In this document: positions 1 to 9,539 of the stretch, piece by piece | Layout of the letters: each line of letters opens with the position of its first letter | Position numbering within the stretch: position 1 is the stretch's first letter | NCBI GenBank assembly: GCA_963718525.1 | Contig: OY970355.1 | Location: 384,001 to 448,000 of the forward strand | Direction: 5' to 3' | DNA from: Candidatus Dormiibacterota bacterium | Lineage (GTDB): Bacteria > Chloroflexota > Dormibacteria > Aeolococcales > Aeolococcaceae | DNA: 64,000 nt | Position numbers and translations under genes: made by a program | The notes under the pieces: generated by a model | Databases searched by the model: none | Seen by the model: the letters and a program-made list of their open reading frames with translations, nothing else | What the model was told of the DNA's origin: nothing

Positions 1-2567
1 TTGAACGCCGCCACGAAGCGCAATCGGCGTGGCACTCGAATCGTGAGCCATACCGCGGCGATGAGCACCAGGATCGTGATGCCGTCCCCGATGCGCTCGT
101 AGGGCAGCGTCGAGTAGGCGAATGCGAGCGTCGAGCTTGAGCTCTGTGAGGCCTTGAGGTGATAGAGATTGAAGAGTCCGTCGCCAAGCGTGAGCGGCTT
201 GTGGGTGTCGAGCCGCCATCCAGGATCGTAGTAGCGACGCAGCTCCACCCAGGTCCCGTTGTCGGCATTGGTCGTCACCGTGATCTGCTCCGACGAGTTG
301 AGTCGTATTGCAGTGACCGCGTTCGCGCGCGCGCCGAGCGCTGTGGCGGTCAGTGACGACCAACTCACGCACGGACCGGGTGTGAGCGAGGTGCTGGACG
401 TGGCGTTGATGCTCACCGTCGTGTTGCCGGTTGCCACCGAGAATGGCCCGTAGACGCCCCAGCCCGCAGCTCGCGGCAGGCCGCCGGGCGTCAGCAGCTG
501 CAGCGTTTGGGCACCGCTGCCCACCGTCGTCTGGATCGACGCCGGCAATGAGCCAGACTGCGACTGCACCATGAGCGCGGCGCTCCCCGGGGCGTCGCTC
601 TGGCAGGCGTTGTCGAAACGCGGCATCACGGTGACCGCATCGGGAAGATTCGCGGGCGCAACCGGATACTGATTGTTGTCGAAGCTCTCCCGATAGGCCG
701 CGGGGAGCCCCAGTGCCTCGAGTGCCGGTAGTGACTCCGTCGTCGCCCACGTGCCGGAATCCACGACCGCAATTGCCGGCGCGGTCGTGACAGCCGGATC
801 GGTGGTGCTCAACCGCCAGACAAGCAGCGTGGTCGAACCGCTGCCGAGTACCGTCGGCGCGCCGAACATCGCCGACATCTGCTGCTGTAGCCATTGGCGA
901 GTGATCCCGGGCGGGAGCGACCCCACGGCCTGGCCGCCCGGAACCACGATGTATCCCGCCCCGGCCATCTGTGTGAGGTACGGGAACAGCGGCGAGTCGA
1001 GGTAGCAGTATGGGATCAGGTTGTCGGCGCAATACAGCTGGAACGGATCACGTTGATTCACACGGGTTCCGGCGAACTTCCCGGTGAGATTCACGGCGGG
1101 ATGCGTCGGCGACGCGACGAGGAAATGGTGGTTGCGAATGTTGTCGCCGATGAGTGGCTGGCCGAACCAGAGCACAGGTCCGGGGCGACTGTCCGCGGCC
1201 AGGAGTTGCGAAAGAGCCGAGAATGACGTGGGTTCCGGCGTGGGGCTGGTGGTGGAACCCAGGCTGCCTGACTGCAGCACCACCACCGACCATGCACTCA
1301 GTGCGACCACACCGACAAGACCCAAGGCGGCCCCGCGGCGCACCAGCCGTGCACGAAGGTGCGTGTGGTTCGCCGACGCCCACTCGAAAGCGCTCGCCAG
1401 AGCGATGGGGATGAGGATCGCATAGGCGAGCGTGACGATGTAGAGGAACTTCGATCCCTCGCGAAAGAGCTTCCAACCAGGCACGTGCAGGTACATCCAA
1501 TCGTAGATCTGACCCAGAGGCGCGTTGTCGGTCTTGGCGAAAAATGCGAACAGGAGTGCAGCAACGAGCAGCCAGAGCACCTCCGGCCGGAGCCGTCGCA
1601 TCAGCATTGGTGTAAATGCCAGAAGCGGCAGTATCATGTAGGCTGGATTCAACGGCGCCTGGACGAGTTGTGCCGGGTTGCCCCCCGTCCAGAAGGCATC
1701 GAGCGCAGCGAGGCCGTGGCCGAGGGAGATCACGTTGAAGTTCGGCGCCTGAGGTATGGGCAGGCCGGTGCTCCCGTGATAGGTCAGCAGGGGTACCAGC
1801 CAGAACGCCTGTGTCCCGATGAATACCGCCCCCGCGGCCGCACCCAGCAGTGTCCGTCGCAGCAATACGCGCCGGTCTCGGTCGCTCACCGCGATGATAA
1901 GGAAGTACATCGCCATGAGAAGCACGCAGAGATATGCGGGCCGCACGTCGTACGCAGCGACGACGGCCAGGAGCAGGCCGGTGAGCAACGCCCAGCGAAG
2001 CGACAGCGTTCGCACTGTGCGCAGAAACGCAACGAGGACGAAGAACGAAATGACCTCCCCGAGGGCCAGCGGCACCTCGCCGTCGGCCTCGAGCATGAAA
2101 TAGGTGGCGCCGAGAAGGATCAGCGGCGTCAGGAGTGCCCATTTCGTCCTGCCCATGATCTCGCGCGCCAGGAGCCAGCCCCCAACCGGCAGCAGCACCG
2201 CAAACGGCACGAAGTAGAGGAACTTCTCGGTGAAGGCCCATCCAATGCCAATGGCGGAGAGCAAACCCGAAGCGGCGAGGACGGGAAACCGGAACGCGGC
2301 CGAAAATCGGTTTTCGCCGCCGAGCCCGAGTGAGCCATCCCATACCGATGGCCAGGGGCTGTAGCTGGTGAGCACCTGGTTGTCAGGCCAGTGCCAGTCT
2401 CCGGCCGACAGGGGCAACGGCGACAGCCAAGCGTGTCTGATGCCAATCCCGACGACCGCGAGCAGCGCCACAGTCGCCCACGGACGGTCAGTGATCCATC
2501 GTCCCTTCCCGGTCAGCCATGTGTAGGCACGCGCCGAGCGATCGGACATGCTTCGACCCGCGATCAT
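1..2567 (-). CDS. Large polytopic membrane protein, GT-C-like (AftD/DUF3367/YfhO-like putative glycosyltransferase); 3' end runs off the window
   Basis: Missing from the ORF track because it has no stop in the window. Manual translation from ATG 2567 gives MIAGRSMSDRSARAYTWLTG...LSAGDWHWPD...WPSVWDGSLGLGG...FTEKFLYFVPFAVLLPVGGWLL, with many TM segments. The same frame reads a TM segment (GITILVLIAAVWLTIRVPRR) at the window edge. Starts just after the flippase stop. Confidence 0.7.
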   Translation of the reverse strand, partial: MIAGRSMSDRSARAYTWLTGKGRWITDRPWATVALLAVVGIGIRHAWLSPLPLSAGDWHWPDNQVLTSYSPWPSVWDGSLGLGGENRFSAAFRFPVLAASGLLSAIGIGWAFTEKFLYFVPFAVLLPVGGWLLAREIMGRTKWALLTPLILLGATYFMLEADGEVPLALGEVISFFVLVAFLRTVRTLSLRWALLTGLLLAVVAAYDVRPAYLCVLLMAMYFLIIAVSDRDRRVLLRRTLLGAAAGAVFIGTQAFWLVPLLTYHGSTGLPIPQAPNFNVISLGHGLAALDAFWTGGNPAQLVQAPLNPAYMILPLLAFTPMLMRRLRPEVLWLLVAALLFAFFAKTDNAPLGQIYDWMYLHVPGWKLFREGSKFLYIVTLAYAILIPIALASAFEWASANHTHLRARLVRRGAALGLVGVVALSAWSVVVLQSGSLGSTTSPTPEPTSFSALSQLLAADSRPGPVLWFGQPLIGDNIRNHHFLVASPTHPAVNLTGKFAGTRVNQRDPFQLYCADNLIPYCYLDSPLFPYLTQMAGAGYIVVPGGQAVGSLPPGITRQWLQQQMSAMFGAPTVLGSGSTTLLVWRLSTTDPAVTTAPAIAVVDSGTWATTESLPALEALGLPAAYRESFDNNQYPVAPANLPDAVTVMPRFDNACQSDAPGSAALMVQSQSGSLPASIQTTVGSGAQTLQLLTPGGLPRAAGWGVYGPFSVATGNTTVSINATSSTSLTPGPCVSWSSLTATALGARANAVTAIRLNSSEQITVTTNADNGTWVELRRYYDPGWRLDTHKPLTLGDGLFNLYHLKASQSSSSTLAFAYSTLPYERIGDGITILVLIAAVWLTIRVPRRLRFVAAF

Positions 2568-2571
2568 GTCT

Positions 2572-4005
2572 CTACCCCGATGCTTCGGCGCCGGCCACGG
2601 ACATCCCGTCCGGCACGCTCGAATCCGGCGCGGATCGCCGGAGCTGTTGCTCCGTCAGCAGGTACTGGACCGCGAGCGCCAGCAGCACCGCTGCGATCGA
2701 GAGATCGCTCATGAGCGAGACGACGAACAACGAGCCGTGGAAGAAGTAGATGAGGAGTGGTTTGATGACAATCCCGGGGACGAGCACCCAGAGCAGTTTC
2801 AGGTCGGCGAGAGACTGTTGCGTATTGCTCAGCATGACCACGGCCGCGAGAAGTGGCATTCCGAGGGCGTACCACCCGATATAGCTTGCGCCGCCTTCGT
2901 AGGACTTGCCGGAGAATTCGTGGAGGATGGTGTGGCTGAGCGCTGAGAACACCACCAGCCCAAGCAGCCCTCCCACCAGGGCGATGCCGACCGAGCTGAA
3001 GACGACCGACCGCGTGCCCCGTCGCGTGGCCTGACGTGCCGCGGCTTTGGGAAACAGCACGCTGGTGACGCTGCCCATGGCGAAGAACAGCGCCCTGGCC
3101 GTGACCGTAACCGCGCTGAACTGTCCTGCCGCCTTGCCCGGGTAGAAGTGCTGAACGAGGATCACATCACTTCCCAGCAACACGGAAACTGTCACAGTCG
3201 ATGTGATCGAAACCAGCAGGAAGCGCCACAGCGGTCGCCACGCAGCAGGACCGCTGCCGCGACGGAGACGGGGCCAGACCATCACCAGCGCGACCAGATA
3301 GATCGCCGCCGCTGCGACGCTGATCCCCAGCAGCACGCCCTGCTTGCCGAGCCACAGCGTGAAGATCAGCACGAAGATCACGCGGCTGAGGGCGATGCCG
3401 ATGCTCAACGCGCTCCACGGCAGCCACCGCTGTTCGCCCTGCAATGAAGCCAGTAACGGCGATGTTGCGAACATGAAGGGCACGCCGAGTGCGCCGACCT
3501 CGATATATGAGACGGGGACTGCGAGATAGTGAGCGAGCGGCGCTGCTGCGACGATGAACGCGAGACCGATGAGAGCACCGCCCCAGGTGAGGCGCGTGAC
3601 CGTGAGACGCAGCATCGCGCTGCTCTCGACGTCGCTGCCGTGGGTGGTGGCGAGCTCCCGGCTCGTCGTCCACGCGATCAGCCGGCTGAAACCGGCGGAG
3701 GGTTGCGTGAGCACGGTGAAGAAGCTGAAGACCGCGAACACCTGGCCGTACAGGCTCGGCGCGAAGTGATGGCTGACCATCGCCTGCAGCAGCAAGCCCA
3801 GCAGCCCCGCGACAATTGTTCCGATCGCCGCCATCGCGTTGTGGGTGATGAACTGGCGGCGCTCGCGCTTCACATCGTTCCGGACGTTCACATCGGTGCC
3901 ACCCGCGCTCTCGGATGCGCTGATCGCGCCGTCCGCGGCGCCGGATGCGGTCGCCGCGTCCTCAACCGCGACGGGCACCGACGTCACGGAATTGTCGACA
4001 GACAC
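2572..4005 (-). CDS. Oligosaccharide flippase / polysaccharide biosynthesis protein (Wzx-like)
   Basis: About 12 hydrophobic helices; motifs SDVILVQHF, AGQFSAV and SVLFPK; lies within the glycosyltransferase operon. Confidence 0.85.
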   Translation of the reverse strand: MSVDNSVTSVPVAVEDAATASGAADGAISASESAGGTDVNVRNDVKRERRQFITHNAMAAIGTIVAGLLGLLLQAMVSHHFAPSLYGQVFAVFSFFTVLTQPSAGFSRLIAWTTSRELATTHGSDVESSAMLRLTVTRLTWGGALIGLAFIVAAAPLAHYLAVPVSYIEVGALGVPFMFATSPLLASLQGEQRWLPWSALSIGIALSRVIFVLIFTLWLGKQGVLLGISVAAAAIYLVALVMVWPRLRRGSGPAAWRPLWRFLLVSITSTVTVSVLLGSDVILVQHFYPGKAAGQFSAVTVTARALFFAMGSVTSVLFPKAAARQATRRGTRSVVFSSVGIALVGGLLGLVVFSALSHTILHEFSGKSYEGGASYIGWYALGMPLLAAVVMLSNTQQSLADLKLLWVLVPGIVIKPLLIYFFHGSLFVVSLMSDLSIAAVLLALAVQYLLTEQQLRRSAPDSSVPDGMSVAGAEASG

Positions 4006-4118
4006 GCCACCTCCAATCCTGCCACTGCTGGTTGGGCATTGATCCCTTCCCTGTCCCAGTCTACTAGAAAGTCTTCAGACGCCCCAAACGGGGCCGCGGG
4101 CACGCGCGCCAACTGCTG

Positions 4119-5093
4119 TTACGACGCGGTGACGGGAGGGCGCACCCAGCCGCGCGTTGGAAAGCGACGGAGCACCGTCTCGATCTCGTCAACCTCAGCG
4201 TCGGTGAGGCGCTGCCGCCACCTGGTCGGCTCCTCAGTTGCAATCCGTACTGGAGCCAGACCCTCACCGTGGCGGTTGTTGTCATTCAGGAATCGAGCGA
4301 CGTCTTCGGTCCAGACAAGTCCGACCTGATCGCACACGGAGCGGATGGTGGTCGCCGGGTCGTCACAGAGATCCTCATGCGTGACGAAGACCCACTCCGG
4401 GTGCTTGTCCACCGCCTCGGCGATGACGTGCGTCAGGAGACCCACGTGCCACGCGATTCGCGCGATATCGGATGCGTGGGCGTCCGGCGGCTCGATCCCA
4501 AGCGGCTCGACGTAGCGCGTGCGAATGATGGGGCGAGTTGCGAGATCGAAGAGCGGGATGCGGAGCTCCCTCCAACTCGACACGACGTTGAGCGGGTTGC
4601 GCTGCATGGCGATGACCTGGGGCTGGTAGCGGGCGACCAGCCACTCGAGGCTGAAGGTTGCGTAGATCGTCTTGACGACGATGCACTCCGCCCGGCCGGG
4701 CATGCGGGCCGAGAGGCTCGCCGCTCGACGCACCAGCGGGTCACGCACCGCCCGGGGCAGTCGAAGTGCGATCTGCGCGGCGGGACGGAGCTTGCTCTGC
4801 CCCCGATGCGCGAAGGGCAGTCGCCCCGAGAAGACCAGGTCCCAGAGGGGCGTGAACTGCCCGGCATCCTGGTCGGTGTCGATCACCGGGTATGGGCCGA
4901 ATCCACGGCGACCCGCGACGTCTGCCGCCTTTGGATCGGCGTCGACGTTGTCGGGTTCGTAGTAGAAACGGACACCGCGTGCCTTGCCGAGGGCATGACC
5001 GAGCCAGGAAGTTCCAGAGCGGGCAACGCCGATGAGCGCCAGCCGATCAGCCCTCGCCGGCGCGGGCGAGGCCTTCGATTTCACTTCAGACAT
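4119..5093 (-). CDS. Sulfotransferase family protein (paralog 1)
   Basis: 5'-PSB loop GVARSGTSWL, 3'-PB motif QRNPLNVVSSW, and HEDLCDDP. Start reassigned to MSEVKSK, which overlaps the upstream stop. Confidence 0.85.
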   Translation of the reverse strand: MSEVKSKASPAPARADRLALIGVARSGTSWLGHALGKARGVRFYYEPDNVDADPKAADVAGRRGFGPYPVIDTDQDAGQFTPLWDLVFSGRLPFAHRGQSKLRPAAQIALRLPRAVRDPLVRRAASLSARMPGRAECIVVKTIYATFSLEWLVARYQPQVIAMQRNPLNVVSSWRELRIPLFDLATRPIIRTRYVEPLGIEPPDAHASDIARIAWHVGLLTHVIAEAVDKHPEWVFVTHEDLCDDPATTIRSVCDQVGLVWTEDVARFLNDNNRHGEGLAPVRIATEEPTRWRQRLTDAEVDEIETVLRRFPTRGWVRPPVTAS

Positions 5094-6268
5094 GCCAGCA
5101 CGTTCCTCCACTGGTCGACGATGAGCGGCCGGCCGTGACGATCGGCTAGCCACACGAGTTGCGCAGTCACCCGAGACTGCGCCGCCTCGGCACTCTCCGG
5201 TGTGGCAATGATACGAGCCACGAGTTCCGGAAGGCCATCGAGCGGTGCCTCGAGCAACCCTGGGGCGCCGCTGAGGCCCTCGAAGGCAATGGGCGTTCCT
5301 GCGATTCTCTTGCCGTGCGCGAGGTAGTGCAGCACCTTGGTCTTGACACCCGCCCCTGTTGCGAGCGGGGCGAGGCAAAGGTCGGCGGCGTCGATGATCG
5401 AATCGATGTCATCCACCGCGCCGAGCAGCACGAGTTGGGCTCCGGACTTGCCACGCCCCACCAGCCGATCGCTGCCGGGACCGCACATGACGATCGTGAC
5501 CGTGTCCGGCAGCGTTGGCGCGAGCACGTCGATCAGCCACCGAGCGGCGACTGCGTTGTGCTTCGCCGCAATGGTGCCGACGAACAGCAGTATCGGACGG
5601 TGCAGCGATCCGCCCATCTGTTCCTCGAGCTCAGCTTCGCCATCATGCAAGTGGTCGCTGGGTACGTACGCCGCATGATCGACAGTCATGAGCTTGCCGC
5701 GCAGCGGAGTGTGGATGCGGTTCCACTCCGAAGCCTCGGATTGGCCGATTGCCACCGCGATGGTGCATCGCTTGGCCGCCCAGCGTTCAAGCCCCCACCA
5801 GATCAGCTGCTTGCTGAGGTTGACCGCCGTGCGGTCGAGCCGCTCGTAATGCAGGGTTTGACACTCATTCGTGTCCCAGATCATCGGCAGACGGGTGCCC
5901 GACATCTCGACTGCCGGCATGAACATCGCGTTGGAAACGATGATCACATCCGCACTCCGCGCGTGGTGCCGGATCATCCGTGCCCATTCCCGGGAGAAGC
6001 CTCGCCACGGGCGCTGGCTGGGGACGTGAATCGCCCGAGCCCACTGCGGTGGCGGATCGAGAGGACGGCTCTCGCGCGTGCTCAAGATCGTGGGTGGTAT
6101 GCCGAGGGAAGCCAGACTTTCTGCGAGGATCCTTGATCGAACCTGGAGACCGCCGTCGGGCTCGATGATCGACCCGAAGGTCACGATCAGCGGACGGATC
6201 GCGCGTCCCTCGTCATCACCGGTGCTTCGCGCCGCCGGCTGCGGCTTGGCCGCGCTGTTCTCGTTCAT
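5081..6268 (-). CDS. Glycosyltransferase family 4 (GT-B)
   Basis: LLFVGTIAAKHN, ADLCLAPLATGAGVKTKVLHYLAHG, TPIAFEGL. Confidence 0.85.
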   Translation of the reverse strand: MNENSAAKPQPAARSTGDDEGRAIRPLIVTFGSIIEPDGGLQVRSRILAESLASLGIPPTILSTRESRPLDPPPQWARAIHVPSQRPWRGFSREWARMIRHHARSADVIIVSNAMFMPAVEMSGTRLPMIWDTNECQTLHYERLDRTAVNLSKQLIWWGLERWAAKRCTIAVAIGQSEASEWNRIHTPLRGKLMTVDHAAYVPSDHLHDGEAELEEQMGGSLHRPILLFVGTIAAKHNAVAARWLIDVLAPTLPDTVTIVMCGPGSDRLVGRGKSGAQLVLLGAVDDIDSIIDAADLCLAPLATGAGVKTKVLHYLAHGKRIAGTPIAFEGLSGAPGLLEAPLDGLPELVARIIATPESAEAAQSRVTAQLVWLADRHGRPLIVDQWRNVLACLK

Positions 6269-7127
6269 TGACTACCGGATAGACCTCATTACTTCGATCG
6301 CGGACTCGCCCGCGAAGCTTCGTGTCAGCGGCGACGTCGAGGACCGCCGCCAACTCGACTGCCTTCAGGGTGAACATGCCCGCCGTGAGCAAAGGATGAC
6401 GCCCCAATGTGCGCCAGTTGCGAACGTACGCCGCGCGGAAGATCGGGTTGCCCTGCGCCATGGCGCCACGCCCGTGCTTGCGTACGAACGCGAGGTAACC
6501 AGGAGCATAGTACCGCCGCTTCGTGTATACGGCGCGTAGCCGGGTGCGACCCTCATCGTGGTGAATCATCGCGCGCGTTCGGGGGAGGCGGCGGCGTTGG
6601 GCGACTCTTCGCGACAGGTCCCAGTCCTCACCGCCGTTCAGATCGGTGTCGAAACCGCCTGCGGCGACGAAGGCTGAGCGGGTGTAGAGGCGGGCCGCTT
6701 CGATCGTGTCGTCGCCGGTGTAGCAGCCTCGCTCCAGAGCCCGGCACGCGGTCCAAAATCCCACTCCGATGGTCTCCTCGGGGATCATGACGGCCGGTAG
6801 GCCGCTGCTGTGGAGCAGCGAGATCCCCTCGGCGACGACCCCTGGGTCAAGCACCATATCGGCATCGACGAAGAGGAGGGCAGCACCTGTCGTCAGCGAA
6901 GCGCCGTGATTGCGTTGGGCGCTGCGCTCCGGGCCGATCGTCACCACCTGGTCGGCGTACCTGGCCGCAACGGTCAGCGTGTCGTCGCTCGAATGGTTGT
7001 CGACCACAATGAGTTCCACCGCCGTGTAGGTCTGCCCTCGGATGCTGGCGAGGCACGCCCCCAACATCTGACCCGAGTTCCGCGTGGTCACGACGACCGA
7101 CACGACCTCCTGAGGGTCAGCCGGCAT
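6216..7127 (-). CDS. Glycosyltransferase family 2
   Basis: VSVVVTTRN, IVVDNHSSD, FVDADM (DxD) and GGEDWDL; start reassigned to MPADPQ. Confidence 0.9.
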   Translation of the reverse strand: MPADPQEVVSVVVTTRNSGQMLGACLASIRGQTYTAVELIVVDNHSSDDTLTVAARYADQVVTIGPERSAQRNHGASLTTGAALLFVDADMVLDPGVVAEGISLLHSSGLPAVMIPEETIGVGFWTACRALERGCYTGDDTIEAARLYTRSAFVAAGGFDTDLNGGEDWDLSRRVAQRRRLPRTRAMIHHDEGRTRLRAVYTKRRYYAPGYLAFVRKHGRGAMAQGNPIFRAAYVRNWRTLGRHPLLTAGMFTLKAVELAAVLDVAADTKLRGRVRDRSNEVYPVVNEREQRGQAAAGGAKHR

Positions 7128-9381
7128 TGGATATCTGGATCTCCTCCACCGTCTCCGGTTCGATTGAGGATTTGGGAGCAACCACCAGGGTATCGCCCCG
7201 GCGGCTTGCATCGATCGCGCGTCCCAGCACGACACGCAGCTCTGTGGTGCTGCGCTCCCACGAATGCGCGGCTGCCCACTCGATGCCGGCTGCGCTCATT
7301 GCGTCACGACGCTCGGGATCGCCCAGGAGGCCCACGAGGGCGTCGGCCAGGGCGTGCGGGTCGCCGTGCGGCACGAGGAGCCCTGTGATGCCGTCGCGAA
7401 CCGAATCTCGAAGACCATTCACGTTGGAGGCGATGACGGGGAGGCCGCGAGCGCCGGCCTCCACGCATGAAACGCCCCATCCTTCGAATGCTGAGGGACA
7501 TACCGCGACCCATGCCTGCGCTGCCAGGTGGTCTCGTGCGGCGCCCGGCAGATAACCATGGAAGCGTACGTGGGTCGCCAGTTTGAGCGACCACGCGAGG
7601 CGCTCGAGCCGGGTGCGATCAGGTCCCTGGCCGACGATGTCGAGTTGGGCATTCGGGAATGAGCGGAGCACTTGAGGCATGGCCCGGATGATCACGTCCA
7701 CGCCCTTCTGCGGCGTGAGCCGGCCTGCGCAGAGGATGCGTGCCGTTGGCGCAGGCTGGCGAAGCAGCGGCGTGACCTCGACGACTCCGTTGTGGACGAT
7801 GTGGATCTGGTCAGCGCTGAAGCCCAGGCTGACCAGGTCATCTCGCGTGCTTGCGGACACGGCGACGATCGGCGTCTTCTTGTAGACGCGCGGCATGAGG
7901 CCGCCCTCGAGCCAGTAGCCGAGCCAGCGAAGAGGCGGGTGTGTCTCGCGACGGAAGATCTCACGGTGCACGTGGTGGACCAGGAGCACTTTCGGAATCC
8001 GGGCGAAGAGCGGCGTGAAGAACGGGATGCCGTTCTCGCAATCGACGATGACGTCGTACCGGCCACGGAGCTTGAACAGATATGAGATCGCCACGCGCGG
8101 ATAGAGGGTGAAGCGCCCGCCGACCCGGTGGACGCGGATGCCGTCCAGGAGCTCGTTTCGGCTGCTGCCCCGGTGCCGCTGACAAAGCCAGCCGACATCC
8201 ATGCCGTTCTCCGCGAGACGGCGCCCGATCTCATGCATGTAGATCTCGGCGCCTCCCGACCAGGGGTGACTGATGTCGCGCCAGTTGATGATCAGCACGC
8301 GAAGCGGGCGTTGCCGGCCGCGCAAGGGTGAGATCTCACCGAGGCTCGGGCCGAAGAAACCGCGCACGAAGGCAACTCCGTATGTCAGGGACACGAGCGG
8401 CAGACCCAGGGTCGCCAGGATCCTGTCGCCCGCGCGCGCGTGGCCTTTCGCGAACAGGACCCCGACCGCCTGCACCACATAGAGCACGAACAGCAGCGAT
8501 GCGCCGATGTAGCCGGCCAACCTGATATGGCGCAAGGGGGGGACGCCAATAAGCGCGAGTTCGACGAGTACGAACAGCGTGACCAGGGTTGGCAGCGCAT
8601 ACGGATAGAAGGGCGCCACCTCACGGAATCTGCGGGCCATGTCACCCCTGGCGCGGCCATAGGCGGCCGTATCAGCGAGAAATGGACCTGGAAATCGCCT
8701 CGTGGTGGCGGTCACCGCGAGCTTCGGCTCGTAGTTGATATCGCGTCCGAGAATCGAGCGAACCTTGTAGCAAAGGCGCACGGCTTCGCCGCCGACACTC
8801 GGTGACTGGAAACCGCCGACGTCGCGGAAGACGTCGTCGCGGATCAGCAGGTTGGAACCCGCGAGCTCGGAAACTGTGCGCGGCTTCTCAGCTCTCGATA
8901 CGTGCCCCGACGGTGTCGTGCCAAGGTGGCTGTTCAGAATCAGCGCACTGATCCGCTCCGGCCGCCAGCGGCTTCGCGGAAGAACCGGACCCCCCGCAAC
9001 CGAAACGGATGGATTGTCGAAGTAGTCGATCACGCGCTCGGCCCATCCCTTCGGAAGCCTGACGCGATCGTCGACGAACGCGAGAATTCGACCGTGTGCC
9101 TCGGCGGCGGCGCGGTCGAATCGGTCACCCCGCGACGCCGCGTTGTATGCGACCACGGTGACCCCGTCCGGTGCAGCCGGCCACGCCTCTCGCGTCGCCA
9201 CGATGACCTCGCAGGATGCATCGCCGATGACAGCCAGCATGTCGCGCAGGGACCGGCTCGCCCCATCGTGCACCGCATCGACGGCGACGATCACGGTGAG
9301 CGCCGGCGCGTCAGAAGCTTGGTGCTCGTCACCGCCCGAGTTGGACGATTCCCCTGCGTCGATAGACCCCATTCCCGGCAC
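7117..9381 (-). CDS. Bifunctional glycosyltransferase: GT2 domain, TM helices, GT4 domain
   Basis: N-terminal ILAFVDD, GGPV and GSNLLIR; hydrophobic linker; C-terminal NWRDISHPWSGGAE, GRLTPQKG and EGWGVSCVEAGARGLPVIAS. Confidence 0.85.
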   Translation of the reverse strand: MPGMGSIDAGESSNSGGDEHQASDAPALTVIVAVDAVHDGASRSLRDMLAVIGDASCEVIVATREAWPAAPDGVTVVAYNAASRGDRFDRAAAEAHGRILAFVDDRVRLPKGWAERVIDYFDNPSVSVAGGPVLPRSRWRPERISALILNSHLGTTPSGHVSRAEKPRTVSELAGSNLLIRDDVFRDVGGFQSPSVGGEAVRLCYKVRSILGRDINYEPKLAVTATTRRFPGPFLADTAAYGRARGDMARRFREVAPFYPYALPTLVTLFVLVELALIGVPPLRHIRLAGYIGASLLFVLYVVQAVGVLFAKGHARAGDRILATLGLPLVSLTYGVAFVRGFFGPSLGEISPLRGRQRPLRVLIINWRDISHPWSGGAEIYMHEIGRRLAENGMDVGWLCQRHRGSSRNELLDGIRVHRVGGRFTLYPRVAISYLFKLRGRYDVIVDCENGIPFFTPLFARIPKVLLVHHVHREIFRRETHPPLRWLGYWLEGGLMPRVYKKTPIVAVSASTRDDLVSLGFSADQIHIVHNGVVEVTPLLRQPAPTARILCAGRLTPQKGVDVIIRAMPQVLRSFPNAQLDIVGQGPDRTRLERLAWSLKLATHVRFHGYLPGAARDHLAAQAWVAVCPSAFEGWGVSCVEAGARGLPVIASNVNGLRDSVRDGITGLLVPHGDPHALADALVGLLGDPERRDAMSAAGIEWAAAHSWERSTTELRVVLGRAIDASRRGDTLVVAPKSSIEPETVEEIQISNAG

Positions 9382-9539
9382 GCGCGTCTCCCCAGGGACA
9401 TTGAATGTCCGCCCGCCAGACCCCCGTCTACTGCGGCCCCCTCCCTAATGGAGGACGCATTAAGTTTGCATTATGGGGACCATCGCTGCATGCCGTCAAG
9501 CGCGTCGATCGAAGCGAACCTATCGACCGGTCCGACGGG

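Noticed and set aside
1048-2343. Long alternative-frame ORFs (431 aa here, and similar ones at 24747, 42122, 48926, 54205 and 59577)
   Set aside because: Arg/Pro/Gly-rich shadow ORFs typical of high-GC DNA; each overlaps a better-supported gene.
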